Below, piece by piece: positions 1 to 12,986 of a stretch of 64,000 nucleotides of DNA. The position numbers and the translations under genes are program-made. Source of the stretch: Octopus vulgaris (Eukaryota); contig OX597827.1 in assembly GCA_951406725.2 (NCBI GenBank), positions 84,444,001 to 84,508,000 of the forward strand, read 5' to 3'. A model generated the notes under the pieces. The model searched no databases and had not been told where the DNA came from. It saw only the letters and a list, made by a program, of their open reading frames with translations. Within the stretch, counting starts at the first letter, position 1, and the number at the start of each line of letters is the position of its first letter.

Positions 1-1372
1 ACTACAGGTAAAGCTTGATAAATCCAATCACCCCTCAAATCCCTATCCAAAAATTCTATGGGAACAACTGAAAACCGCCATTCTACAGACGTCTGCAGAA
101 ATCCTTGTGTTTACGAAGAAAAAGAACAAGGATTGGTTTGATGAAAACGATTTATTAAAGAAGGAATTATTAAAGACAAGGTCCCCCCCCCCCACAAGCA
201 CACCTGGCATAACCGACCTGCCTCGAGCAGAAAGTGGCCTTCAGCCAAGCCAGCAGCTTTCTGCAGCACAAACTCTGTGAAATTCAGAAAGAGTGGCGGA
301 CCAACCTCGCACGGAGAACCCAGCTGTGCGCTGACTCTGGTGATTACAGGGTGTTCTATGAAGCTCTCAAAGCAGCCTACGGTCCAACACATCAAGTCCA
401 GAGTCCCCTGCGCAGTTCAGATGACCAGGCACTTCTCACAGACACAACATCCATCCTCAGCCGTTAGTCTGAATACTTTCAGGCCCTCTTCAGTGCAAAC
501 CGAGTTGTCTAGGAAAACGCAATCCTCCACATCCAGCAGCAATCAATCAGAATGGAACTGGATGAGTCGCCAACCCTGGAAGAGAGCACAATTGCCATAG
601 GCCGGCTGAAGAGTAGAAAGGCAGCAGGAGAGATGAAAGCATGCGGTTCCTGTCATACATGCTAAACTCCATCAGCTCCTCGTTGCATGCTGGGAACAGG
701 GCAAGCTGCCACAAGATCTCCGCGATGCCGTCATCGTAATACTGTACAAAAACAAAGGGGGAAATCAGACCGCTCAAAATACCGGGAGAATCACCCTGCT
801 TTCCACTGCAGGAAAAGTTCTTGCAAGACTTGTTCTGTCCATCGCCGAACATCCATCTTCCAGAAAGCCAATGTGGTTTCAGAGCCAACAGTGGCACAAC
901 AGATATGGTTTTCATTCTCAGGCAGCTTCAAGAAAAGTTCCGGAGAAGAACAAACCACTTTATGTTTACGTCTGTACATCTGACGAAAGCGTTCGACTCT
1001 GTGAGCAGGAGAGGTGTGTGGCAGATCCTAAACCAAATTCCTAACCAAGATCATTCAGCTTTACGAATACCAACAAGGACAAGTCCACCTGAACAGCGAC
1101 ACATCACAGCCATTCTCCATCAACAACGGCGTGATGCTCAAGCAGGCCACTGCTGACATCGACTTTGAAGACAGGGTCTACATCAGGTACCGTCTGGATG
1201 GCAGTCTTTTCAATCTCCGGCGCCTACAGGCCCACACCAAGACTCAAGAGCAACTGATCCGAGTCTTTCTCTTCGCAGATGATGCTGCACTTGTCGCACA
1301 CACAGAAGAGGCCCTGCAACACATCACCTCCTGCTTTTGCAGAGGCTGCCCAGCTCTCCAGACAAGAAATAA
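1..1372 (+). mobile_element. Decayed RTE-clade (BovB-like) LINE, reverse transcriptase region
   Basis: Frameshifted peptides KNKDWFDEND, FYEALKAAYGP, LPESQCGFRANSGTTDMVFILRQLQEK, LTKAFDSVSR, YIRYRLDGSLFNLRRLQAHTK, FLFADDAAL are typical RTE RT motifs; many indels and stops; runs off the window start. Confidence 0.93.
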
Positions 1373-1736
1373 ACTTCCAAAAGACTGGCGTCCTACAATA
1401 ACCAGCTCCTCAGGAGGAGGCAAGATTCGAAATAAAAGGGGGAAAAATAGCCGAAAATGAAAGATTAAAAAAATATAACCCATTATGCCGGACGCTCAAT
1501 CTAAGCGTGCCCCTTTGATGCCAGTCTGAAGAGGTGTCCCTCTAATGTTCAAAAGCGCAAACATTATGTAAGTTTTCACGTGGAACTTTTACGTGAATTG
1601 GCACCGAAACACTTAGAACTGGTCATTAAGGATGGGATAAACACTTTTTTTGCTTTCTTATTTATGATGGATGGATAGATTATTGCTACAAATATAGATG
1701 CATATTCATACACATATATACTCACACATATATACT

Positions 1737-1806
<70 letters not shown>

Positions 1807-1809
<3 letters not shown>

Positions 1810-2042
1810 TGATAAAACGGTAAGATAACAAAAGAAAGAAAGAGACCTCAATATTATGTAAATAGAGGAAATTTATCTATACAATATGTTACATTACTCG
1901 GTAGTCAAGATAAAACTCTGAGTTTCAGATGCCGAAGAAATAGCCAGATAACCGAAGAGATGGTGTTGTGGATTTCCACTTCGGCATCTGAAACTCAGAG
2001 TTTTATCTTGACTACCGAGTAATGTAACATATTGTATAGATA
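1807..2042. mobile_element. PLE pseudo-LTR-like fragment with inverted (fold-back) duplication, within a (TA)n tract
   Basis: 1809-1937 closely matches 9287-9420; 1874-1937 is the exact reverse complement of 1979-2042; carries a hammerhead fold; flanked by (TA)n. Confidence 0.72.
1946..2008 (+). ncRNA. Hammerhead ribozyme relic (type I, PLE-associated)
   Basis: Stem I AGATAA/TTATCT; core CCGAAGA (one change from CUGANGA); stem II GATG..GTGGA-tt-TCCAC..CATC; extra T before GAAA; stem III CTC-a-GAG; GUU triplet. Confidence 0.65.
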
Positions 2043-2992
2043 TATATATATTTATATATACACACATACGCACACACATTTATACGCACATACGCACGCA
2101 CACACACGTACACATATGATTAATCATGTGCACAACACAGACGCACATACGCGCGCGCACACAGGCACACACACCGCTAGAAATCACTGATCTTTAAAAG
2201 AAATGACAACGTTTATTAAAATAAATTAAACATTTTAAAGTTAGTTCTATGTTTATTCACAACTAAAATTCAATAAGCAATCTTTGTCTCTTCTTGGTTT
2301 GTTTGTTCTGTTTTAGTGCATGAGGTTAAAGCAATTGTTCATCTGGGTGGTCGTGGTTGGAGTGTCTGTTCGATCACGATAATCTGACTTGTTTGCGCGT
2401 TTTTTGTACACTGAATTGCAGTATTAACAGTAGAGTGTGGCTTGAGGAAAATTTGGCTACTATTTCTAAGCGGTCAAGAAAAAGGGCCTTCGTTGGCTGA
2501 GATCAACGGGTGTGGCTTCGTTGGGAATGGGTCTGGCTGTAAATCAGTGATTCTCAGCTGGAGATCCATATGGCCCTTGGAGATCCAGATGAGTGACGGG
2601 CGGAGGAGAAAGAACTGAATGACATAGCCCCGAGTGGTTGTGGTAGGAGGAGCAGCCAGTTGAAACCTGGGGAGTAGCAGGAGAAGAGATGGTGGGAGGA
2701 GATAATACAACGAAGGGGGCATAGTCAGGACTTAGAGTCGACCTTGGAAACCAGGACCCAAGAGATATACAACGGCGTTATTAAGTCATCCAGAGTATTT
2801 GAAAGATCAGAATATGGATTAATTAAATCTCATCGGGTTTATACAACAACAGGTACAAATTACAGCGACCTCTATGTTAAGAAGTATTCTATCTTTACAA
2901 CAAATATTTATTCTAGGCAATGTATTGAGTTCTGATAAGTGTGTGTGTGTGTGTGTATACACAATATTATATTACATACGTATATTTATAGG

Positions 2993-3052
<60 letters not shown>

Positions 3053-3759
3053 CATTGTGTGTGTGTGTTATGCATATATGTATCTAATCATAAATGTTAA
3101 TGGATATCCCTTCCTCAATAACAAATGAATATAGATGTAAAGCTATACATAATATTTAAAAATGATCTATACATACCTAAAAGTGGATGTGTATATATGT
3201 TTGTATGTATATATGTTACTGTGTGTATGTATGTATGATTGAAAATATGTGTGTACCCAAAGATGAATATACATTCAAATAGACACATACGCCTACACAA
3301 AGACGTAACGTATGGGTATGCTTGTGTGAGTGTGTACACATTTCTATGTGTGTGTGTGTGTGTGTGCGTATATAAATATAAGTCAGTGGAGTGTTGTGTG
3401 GGAGTTGTTTGGCGTGAAATATTTAATTAAGTGCCAACTAACGGCCATAAAATAGAGTGAGTTCAGTGAAATGCTACAGTAATCCATAATGGGAGAAGCA
3501 ATAACATAAGGAGAGTCACTGATTGAAATGTAAGGGAAAAATACGGCCATAAAATGGAAATTAGGGATTAAGAAATTTATCGCCAGCATTTTACAGGCAA
3601 TATAATATTTACTAGTTTCAGGGTAGCGGTTAGTCACCGATGTACTCTTGTTGTTGTTGTACCCGTGGTTAGACGTCTTTCAGCGGATCTATAATGAAAA
3701 CCATTCCAGCCATGAGCATCCAATCCTATTTTCTCGAAATACACGCATGGCTTTGGAGT

Positions 3760-3906
3760 TAACCACGTGATTACGTAACTACAACCACGTGATTTCGGTT
3801 TCAGCTCCACAGCTTGGCAACTTAGACAAGTGTTTTCTACCGTAACCCCACACCAACCAATGCCTTGCGAGTGGATCTGATAGACGAAAACTGTATGAAA
3901 AGCCCG

Positions 3907-3942
<36 letters not shown>

Positions 3943-4088
3943 ATGTGCGTGTTTCTGCGTTTGTTCCCAAAATATACCGATAGAATAGGTACCAAGTTTA
4001 ACAAACAGTGAAGATGATTTGTTCGACTAACCCTTTCAAGGTCATGTCTCAGAATGGCTGCAGTCCATGATTGAAACCAGGAAAAGAA
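3760..4088 (+). mobile_element. CORE-type tRNA-derived SINE (OR1/OR2-like), diverged
   Basis: Degenerate B box (cggtttcagctcc), CORE-like cttagacaagtgttttcta, internal (TG)n, tail atggctgcagtccatgattgaaac; homologous to 25450-25836. Confidence 0.8.
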
Positions 4089-4100
4089 CGTGTGTATGTA

Positions 4101-4139
<39 letters not shown>

Positions 4140-4184
4140 TGTGTGTGTGTATGTATGTACTTAGATATAAATCTATACACATAC

Positions 4185-4778
4185 ATTGGACTACTGCTCC
4201 CAACTATGGTCCCCAGAGAGTGTGAAACAAACGCTGGAACTCGAAGCAATCCATCGCCAATACACAAAGAAGATTGATTCGATGCAAAGACGGGATGCAT
4301 CGAATCAAGAGGCTAAAGAAGCTGAGTCTATATTCCCCGAAGGGAAGACGAGAGAGATATGCGGTGATATATATCTGGATGATCTTGGAGGGTTTCGCAT
4401 TTTGGAATTGACAGCTATACCAATCCTCGAACTGGACGGCACTGCATCATACCAAATTCCCGTCTTTCCCATCTAAAATAAGGACACAGTACTGCAATAG
4501 TCAAGGTTTCAAGGGCCCACAATTGTTCAACATCCTACCAGGCAACCTTAGAGATCTACACGGTGTTCATGTGGAAGTTTTCAAGGAACATCTGGACACG
4601 TTTCTGTCTGAGATAGCGGATGGACCCACAACGTGGCAGGAGACACAAAGAAGAGCAGCTCTGTTCAACTCGCTGCTTCACCCAAAACAATATCAGAAAC
4701 AACTCTGAGTAACTACAGGTGGTGCAGCACCATCATGACCTCAGCCCTGGGCTGAAACCAGTAAAAGATAAAAGATTA
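4185..4778 (+). mobile_element. CR1-group LINE 3' end, 5'-truncated
   Basis: DYCSQLWSP..LEAIHRQYTKKI, FKGPQLFNILPGNLRDLHG..FKEHLDTFL..RRAALFNSL; 3' stem-loop tcagccctgggctga and (AAAAGAT)n tail. Confidence 0.85.
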
Positions 4779-4843
4779 CATATATATTCATATATATACA
4801 TGCATATTTACAAATAAATACACACACACATTATATACATATG

Positions 4844-4891
<48 letters not shown>

Positions 4892-5059
4892 TATAAATAA
4901 ATATATATATATATAGATGCATATATATATATATATATATATAGATGCATATACATATATAATATATACATATTGTATAAATATATACGAAGAAACAAAC
5001 ATATATTACATACGTTAAAACATATACTTATATACATGCATATAAAACATATATATATA

Positions 5060-5260
5060 TAATAAAAAGTAATACCAAAAGAATGAGACCGCGATATTAG
5101 ATAAATGGAGGATTATTTGTATATGTTATAATTTGGAACAAACAGTAAAAGTTTGTCATTATAGTACTCGGAGTTTCGAATGTCGGAGCGGAGAGCTACG
5201 ATAAATTCTCGTTGGTTAATAATGGCAACAGACGCTATGAAAAACCGTTGAATAAAACAT
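5060..5260 (-). mobile_element. Diverged relative of the 1807/9286 pseudo-LTR family, hammerhead relic at 5155-5226
   Basis: Shares aaagaatgagacc..atattag.taaat.gagga and gacgctatgaaaaa with 9286-9490; minus strand reads CATTATTAA-CCAACGA-GAAT..ATTC-GAAA-CTC-c-GAG-TA-CTATAATG. Confidence 0.6.
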
Positions 5261-5309
5261 GTATACGTACATGCACACACACACACACACACAAAATCAA
5301 AAATAAGTA

Positions 5310-5690
5310 CTAGAATCGATTCTTTTTTGTTAACATTAAGAATGGTCAGTTCCCTGATCATTCTTAATTGATATAAAACAAAATCTATTTATTCTTTACT
5401 GACCATGCATAGCTAATTTTATGTAGTATCGGTCTTCCATACATTATATATATAAAGAGTAAATTTTTCATGTATACTTAGAGTTGAAGAATTGGAGTAA
5501 CCACGATGTACTGGTGATCTGATGAGCTAGCCTTCTTTATCCGCATTTGATTCATAAATATACCATTGTATTGCACAATGCTGACATGTAAACATCATTT
5601 ATTTTACACTGAAATATATTATTAGAAAATGAAGGCTGCGAAACAGGCGTAATCCTGTGGACGACAAGTGGTTAAATAAAGATATTCACC
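5310..5690 (+). repeat. Non-coding interspersed repeat with long-loop hammerhead relic; uninterrupted paralog of 25932-27600
   Basis: Reverse complement aligns to 25932-26152 joined to 27431-27575; CTGATGAG at 5519 and CGAAAC at 5639. Confidence 0.75.
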
Positions 5691-5735
5691 TCTCATACCT
5701 CCTCACTTTTTATGGTTTGTGTGTGTGTATAGGCA

Positions 5736-5802
<67 letters not shown>

Positions 5803-6282
5803 TAAAAATATACATATTTAAGGACTAGAAATTCCGGCGATGTGTGTCTTGAGACACACAAGACCCGGAAAATATTATACAATTGGACAATTATTTCATA
5901 TGTGCATGGAAGCGTGATATCATCTATTATCTCCTGGGATGACTTAATGTCATTGAAAAAAAAAAAAGACAATATTCCAATATATTGATAATATATTAAG
6001 TTATAACGAAATATGAGTCCATTACAGTTCCACAGTGAAGTCTTTAGAGAATGGGGGGGGGTAAACGGTTTTGACTGTGAATAATCGGTCGTTTTAGAAG
6101 TGACTAGAAGTACTTTGAATGTACAACTGCAATTATAAGACAATAGAAATAGTAAAACGGTTTCGTTTTAAATTAATGGTATCTATGGGTGTAGCACAGG
6201 GTCAGTTAATGGCAGAAGGGGAGAGACTCTGAGCAGTTAGAAAGAGGGAACCACTGGAGAACAAGACTGGTAATCACACACA

Positions 6283-6321
<39 letters not shown>

Positions 6322-6492
6322 ACACATACACACACACAATGGAGTGCGAGTGTGTATGCATTGTGTGGGTTTATCACGAGACAGAACATACATACATACA
6401 TACATACATACATACATACATACATACATACATACATACATACATACATACATACATAAATACATACACACACACACACACATACATACATA

Positions 6493-7919
6493 GCCAAATA
6501 AAGAAAATGTGGACTTCAGCACTCTCTGCGTTCAATAAAACAGTGGCCCACGATGTGTTTGCAGTGCCAGTACTCATACCGACATTTGGGCTGCTTGATT
6601 GGACGCTTGATGAGATCCGAGCCATTGATATGAAAACCCGAAAAATACTAACAAGCAAACATAATTTCCACAAAAACAGTGACGTAGACCGCCTCTACCT
6701 AAAACGAAAACAAGGCGGCAGAGGCTTAACATCGATCCAAAATGCCTTTGAATGTCGTATCATATCCCTTGACCAAGTTTGCATACATGGGGCTGATAAC
6801 ATCATAAGACTTGGAAGGCAGCCCCTTGAGCAACACTATTCGTCTTATAACCTAGAACACATGTGCAAAGAAGTCACACGACTCTACCGCGACATATCAT
6901 CAGATGAAAGGATGAGTTTATATGCACAGAAGACTATGCATGGACATGTTAGCAGAAAGCTCCATGATGAGAGTAACATTGATCATCAAAGCAATCTATC
7001 ATGGACCAATAGCCGGATTACTACCTCCCACTTTGAAGGATGTGCGTTTGAAACCCAGGAACAGGAAATATCAACCAAGTACCTGATGTACAAAAGGGAT
7101 AGAGATGCAGGAAGAACAGTAAAATGTGACAACTGATGCAGACTTTGTAGAGTTAACACCGAAGATATCAGCCACATCATAAGCAGTTGTCTGAAAATGT
7201 CATCTCAGTATTATCTATCGATGAGACATGATGTTGTAGCTAGGACACTCTGTAATGAAATCCATCAAAAGGATAACCCCAAAGACAAAGAAATAAGAGC
7301 CCACAGTATGGTAAAGTTATAGCCACCTATAAAAAAGGAGTACTGGTGGAATGTCCCAGTGAATACCTCAATAAAATGTAAGCACAACAGACCTGATATA
7401 ATGATTTGCAATAGAGAAGAGAAACTGTGTACAGTTGTGGAAATCAGCTGCTCAGGGGATGTTAACATAAAACTGAAGATCAATGAAAAAGAGAACACCT
7501 ATGCTGAACTATTGAGAAATCTGCAGTTACTCTATCCAGATTACAAGTTTGGGTTTATACCTGAAATTATTGGGGCCCTGGGATATATAACACATTGCCT
7601 AAATACCAATCTTGAGAAATTAGGCTTCTCAAATCCAGAAAGAAGACTACAAACCTAATCCATCACTGGAACTGTAAAAATCTGTAGAACTTTCCAGAAG
7701 TTTACCATTTAAATATATATGAGCATGTCATATACATACATACATACATACATACATACATACAAAAATATATACATACATACATACATACATACAAAAA
7801 TATATACATACATACATACAAAAATACCCTGCTGTTGATGTTGAAATTCTAATGAATCTATGTTAGAAACCGGTTCTTTCTCTATTGGCAAGCAATCTTG
7901 AAATAAACTGAATAATGAC
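6493..7919 (+). mobile_element. R4/Dong-like RLE non-LTR retrotransposon 3' half, embedded in (CATA)n
   Basis: FAVPVLIPTFGLLDW, DVDRLYLKRKQGGRGL, *RLC..HIISSC..RHDVVA, KHNRPDI..VVEISC..IIGALG (zinc knuckle plus PD-(D/E)xK nuclease); (CATA)n on both sides. Confidence 0.9.
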
Positions 7920-8073
7920 ATACATACATACATACATACATACATACATACATACATACATACATACATACATACATACATACATACATACATACATACA
8001 TACATACATACATACATACATACATTCATACATACATACATACATACATACATACATACATACATACATACAT
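7920..8073. repeat. (CATA)n microsatellite
   Basis: Directly visible near-perfect tetranucleotide array. Confidence 0.97.
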
Positions 8074-8569
8074 AGTGAAATACAGTTTCTCACTCCTGCT
8101 TGTGATAGTTATTGTTGTAGTTGAAGCAATATTAGTAAATGTTTAATAATCTTGGAGTTTCCCACAAAGCCTGTCACTGCTTAACCTACGCATTACAATA
8201 CAATCCGAAAGTGGATCAGTAAAAAGACTTTCATAAAATTCAACATGTAACGTTGTTGTTATCGAAATATTCAGTAAAAGAGTTTTTATTTGGCTGATAA
8301 AAACCAGCTGCTTCCTTCTTGGAACAATTCGGATAATGAAAAAAAAAAAGTGTACACATGAACATATACATACATACATACATACAAGCATGCATACATA
8401 GATACATAAATCTATGCATAGAATTTGAACAAAAGAATTGTTCTCACCCGATTGCCGAACGCGGAAAATCAATCCGTCGCACCGAAAACCAGTGAATTAA
8501 CGATTGGCCTGTCGCTTGTGTTCCACACAAAGAATGCTGCAAACAGCGAGGGATTCCTGAAAACAAAGA

Positions 8570-9245
8570 TGCTGGGAATGAACATAGAATGACTCGTAAA
8601 TATTACACCAAACTTCGAAAAAAAAATGGCAGTCGGAGGAATTCTCCTCTTATAATAAGACATCCCTCAATGCATTTGCAATACCAGTGCTAATACCAAC
8701 ATTTAGGAGACCTGACTGGTCTGAAGAGGAAATCCACTTCCATTGACATTAAAACCCGCAAGATGCTGATGTCAAATGGAAATTTTCACGGAAAGAGAGA
8801 CATCGACAAACTCTACCTCAGAAGATGGGTAGGGGCTTGAGATGAGGGCAGACAGCCTTTGAATGTTATAAAATCTCTCTCACCTGCTAAACAATTGTAG
8901 CACAGACAGATAGATAGATAGATAGATAGACAGTTAGATAGATAGAGATAGACAGATAGTACTGAAAAGTGAAGAGAACACTATCCTACCAGTCGATAGT
9001 TAGGTCATAGGGGTCAGCTGCCCTGTGGATGTGACTATCTCTCTGAAAATCGAAGAGAAAGAGAATAACTATGGACAACTGCTCCGAAGGATCCAGCTTC
9101 TGCATCCAGTGTACAAATTTACATTTATTCCAATCATAACTGGTGTACTTGTTTTTGTGAGGAAATGCCTAAGTGAAAATCTGGATAAGCTAAGGTTTTC
9201 AGAAACAGCTACGGACCAACTAACTCGCACGTTACAAATCTAGCT
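8570..9245 (+). mobile_element. Old, internally deleted R4/Dong-like fragment
   Basis: NAFAIPVLIPTF, DIDKLYLRR, SCPVDVTISLKIEEKENNYGQLLRRIQLLHPVYKFTFIPII; homologous to 6493-7919. Confidence 0.8.
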
Positions 9246-9285
9246 CCTTCCTCTCGGCAATATATATATATATATATATATATAT

Positions 9286-9750
9286 GTTGGTAAAAACGGT
9301 AAGATAACAAAAGAAAGAAAGAGACCTCAATATTATGTAAATAGAGGAAATTTATCTGTAAAATAATATGTTACAATTACTCAATAGTCAAGATAAAACT
9401 CTGAGTTTCAGATGCCGAAGTGGAAATCCACAACACCATCTCTTCTGTTATCTGGCCATCTGAAAAACGCTATGAAAAAATACCGTTATATAAAGGGAAA
9501 TTACTGTGTTATAATTCTGCTACTTATATAAAATAAGATTAAAAGTTCATAGTAAACACGTAAACATGGCTAGTCATACGCCGATAGTCTAATAACGGGG
9601 ATATAAGCCTTAGACAGGAAAAAAAAAGTAGGTTTTGCCATATGCGTTAGACTCGAACCCACTCCCTTTGTTTATGTAACTGTGTTGCCGATTACACCAG
9701 CTAACTAACCTGTTTCTTCCGGCAAATTTAGGAAATAAATTAGTTCGTAT
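9286..9750 (-). mobile_element. PLE pseudo-LTR-like fragment with hammerhead relic (9391-9453), bounded by (TA)n
   Basis: Same family as 1807-2042; minus strand AGATAA-CAGAAGA-GATG..CATC-T-GAAA-CTC-a-GAG-TT-TTATCT. Confidence 0.68.
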
Positions 9751-9787
9751 TTGTATATATATATTTATATATACATATATATATACA

Positions 9788-9823
<36 letters not shown>

Positions 9824-10644
9824 TGTATGTATGTATGTATGTATGTATGTATGTATGTATGTATGTATATACACATATATATATATATATAAACGCACAC
9901 CACCACATGTACACATATATGCTCATACATAGAAAAATATAGATACAAGGACAGAGACATACAGACACACTTGCGCACGCGCGCGCAGTTTTCAAGTAAA
10001 ACAAATGTAGGTATATAGAAATAGATATACATGCAGCAAGAAGGCGGAGATCTTTCAATGTGGACAGGGCTATAGAGACAGAGAGAGGCCATACACATAA
10101 CTGTGTACACATCTTTAGTCGTGTATTGATACAAGGATGAACACATACAAATATATATGTCTGTGTATGTGTGTGTTTGTGTGTGTGTGTGTGTGTATGT
10201 GTGCGTGTACCATTGAACACGTGACTGCTTTACACACACACAAATACATCCGTTTTGAAGTACGTAGAAGCGCATGCGTAAATTCTTGCCAATATGTGTG
10301 TGTGTGTGTGAAGCCATCGGTGAAGAGGTCAGGTGGAGGGTGAAGCCAGGAGATTAACACATCGAGTGGATTGTCGCTGAATAAACCATTCACAACAACA
10401 ACAACAACAACAGCATGTGTCTAGCAGACTTTGTTTTTACACCCGGTCTGAGGCTTGGAAACTTTTGTATATACAACGCCCCCTAACTTCTCTGACCTTC
10501 ACAGAAGGGGGCATTGTTGAATAGACATCGTACGTACCTTTAACTAAAAACATGTTCACGCAGACACACAGACAAAACCCGACATAGCAATTCACGTTCT
10601 TCTCAGAAGATTTTCCACGAGAATATTCGCGCGCGCACAAACCT

Positions 10645-11000
10645 TTTATATATTCTTTTATTCTTTTATTCTTTTACTTATTTAAGTCATCTGACTGCGG
10701 CTATTCTGGAGCATCGTTTTTACTCGAACTAATCAAACCCAGGACTTATTCTTCGTAAGCCTGTCGGTCTGTTTTGCCGAACCACTCAGTTATGGGGACG
10801 TAAACACACCAACATCGGTTGTCAAAGCGATGGCGGTGGGACAAACACACACACATACACACACATTATATATATACGATGGGCTTCTTTCATATCCACT
10901 CACAAGGCTTTGGCCGGCCCGAAGCTATAGTAGAAGTCACTTGCCCAAGGTGCCGCGCATTGGGACTGAACGCGGAACCAAGTGGTTGGGAAGTAAGCTT
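10645..11000 (-). mobile_element. CORE-type SINE (OR1/OR2-like)
   Basis: cacttgcccaaggtgccgcgcattgggactgaac (CORE plus B box, reverse); tail tcttttactt..gactgcggctattctggagcatcg. Confidence 0.88.
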
Positions 11001-11249
11001 TATTTCATTAAATTGGCCACACAGGCCGCGCAAAGATGGGACGAACAAGGACAGACAAAACGCAAAAGGTGAAGAAGCTGCTTTAATTAAAAGTTAATGT
11101 CCGAATGGTTGGTGATAGCAGAAAAGGACATAATTATAATGCAATTAAAAATATGATAGAACATAATTATTATTGCAATATGCAATAATTCACGACAAAA
11201 GGAAAGGCATCCAGCCATCTGGGTAGAACCTTCACTTGTTACCACTGAC

Positions 11250-12130
11250 CCCACTTACCTGGTGCCGATCACTCTCAACTTGCTTGCCACAAACTTTCAT
11301 CTTTTCACGAAAATACTCAGCGACAGGCACCATTTCTCAAGTCTGATCTTAGGAGATGGTAATTAAAAAAGTTTATCAGCCCCTAGCCGGAGACAAAGGT
11401 ACCTGTCACTATTCCTCTTACACACGCCTTCCATACTGTCTCTTTCAGTATGGCTACTACGCAGAAGAAACAAGCCTTCCTTTCTCTTTCAAGGGAAGGA
11501 GGCGGTACAATCTCGATGATGGACTCCGCTGATGGCTGTACTCTTCCTATCACTGACAACAGTTGTTCGACAAAAGCTATCGGTCCCGATAACTCCGGAC
11601 ACTCGACGAATACGTGCAAGACAGTTTCCGTGTCCCACTAGCATCTCGGGCATATCGGCGAGACGGCACTATCGTGCCTCGACAGTTTATCCCGAACCGG
11701 TAGTGCCGCACGTAAGCACTGCGAAGCCAAGGATTTCTGGTAATTATCCAGATACCTCGGCCCGAACGTTCTTCTGAACAGGTTGATCAACTGATTTTCA
11801 TCGTAGCCCAGGGTCTCCTCCAAGGCGTCTTCTGACATAGATCTCACTAACCCGCTATAGAATTCCGCGCTGGAACTCCTGTTGCCGGCATTACCCACCC
11901 GAGAGAGTAGCTGAAGCACCTGGCGACACTCCAATTGCCAGTCCCCCAGCTTAAGTCTCTGCTTTATCCATGTACCAATGTCCGTTAAGGACGTTAACCG
12001 CGGAAAGTAGAATCGGACGTGCGGTGACCACACCTGCTTCCCATCCAGGTAAAGCCAGAGGTGCCTCAACCTTAACGCCAGTTTTCGCATCCTTATATAA
12101 ATGTCCTGAAAATTCCACACAGCCTTGGCT
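11250..12130 (-). mobile_element. Tx1/L1-clade LINE ORF2 C-terminal fragment (zf-RVT-like)
   Basis: [43 protein letters not shown]; homologous to 15905-16500. Confidence 0.85.
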
Positions 12131-12288
12131 TTGTTATCTTATTTTATTTAACATAAACCTGCTCACACAAGACCCGCATTAGACTCCTCACTCGTATCAT
12201 TATCGAACCGAGAGGTTAACTACGTTCCTTCCATAACACTTACATAGCGTTACCTGTCACCTTGCGTCTTCTGGATACCAATACCCCG

Positions 12289-12384
<96 letters not shown>

Positions 12385-12731
12385 TCTTTACTCTTTTACT
12401 CTTTTACTTGCTTCAGTCATTTGACTGCGGCCATGCTGGAGCACCGCCTTTAATCGAGCAACTCGACCCCGGGACTTATTCTTTTGTAAGCCCAGTACTT
12501 ATTCTACCGGTCTCTTTTGCCGAACCGCTAAGTATCGGGGACATAAACACACCAGCATCGGTTGTCAAGCAATGCTAGGGGGACAAACACAGACACACAA
12601 ACACATACACACGCAAGGCTTTGGTCGGCCTGAGGCTATAGTAGAAGACACTTGCCCAAGGTGCCACGCAGTGGGACTGAACCCGGAACCATGTGGTTGG
12701 TAAACAAGCTACTTACCACACAGCTACTCCT
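12385..12731 (-). mobile_element. Young CORE-type SINE (OR1/OR2-like)
   Basis: Minus strand: A-box-like gtagctgtgtggtaag, B box ggttcagtcc, CORE gcaccttgggcaagtgtcttc, tail ggcggtgctccagcatggccgcagtcaaatgactg then (AAAAGAGT)n. Confidence 0.92.
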
Positions 12732-12746
12732 GTATATATATATGTT

Positions 12747-12986
12747 TCTGGACTACTGGGTATATGTCGATTAGTGTGTTGAAGTGTTGAGTGGAGCACT
12801 GGCATAGTTTGGGATTTTTAACGAGACACAATCCTTTATCAGGATGTTCCTGACGAGACCCAGACTGCAAAATTGATGCAACACAGCATGTTGAAAGGAG
12901 TCCCACCCATAAAGTACAATAGTAGGATGGGTCGAAACGACCGTTGTACTAAATAAATATTAATACCAAATCCATCTACTCGTTAC

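Noticed and set aside
2480-2935. Purine-rich unique segment, possible LTR fragment or exon
   Set aside because: No recognisable protein motif, LTR termini, PBS or splice pattern.
9640-9720. tRNA-like segment on the minus strand (B box GGTTCGAGTC)
   Set aside because: No cloverleaf can be folded; at most a tRNA-derived fragment inside a repeat.
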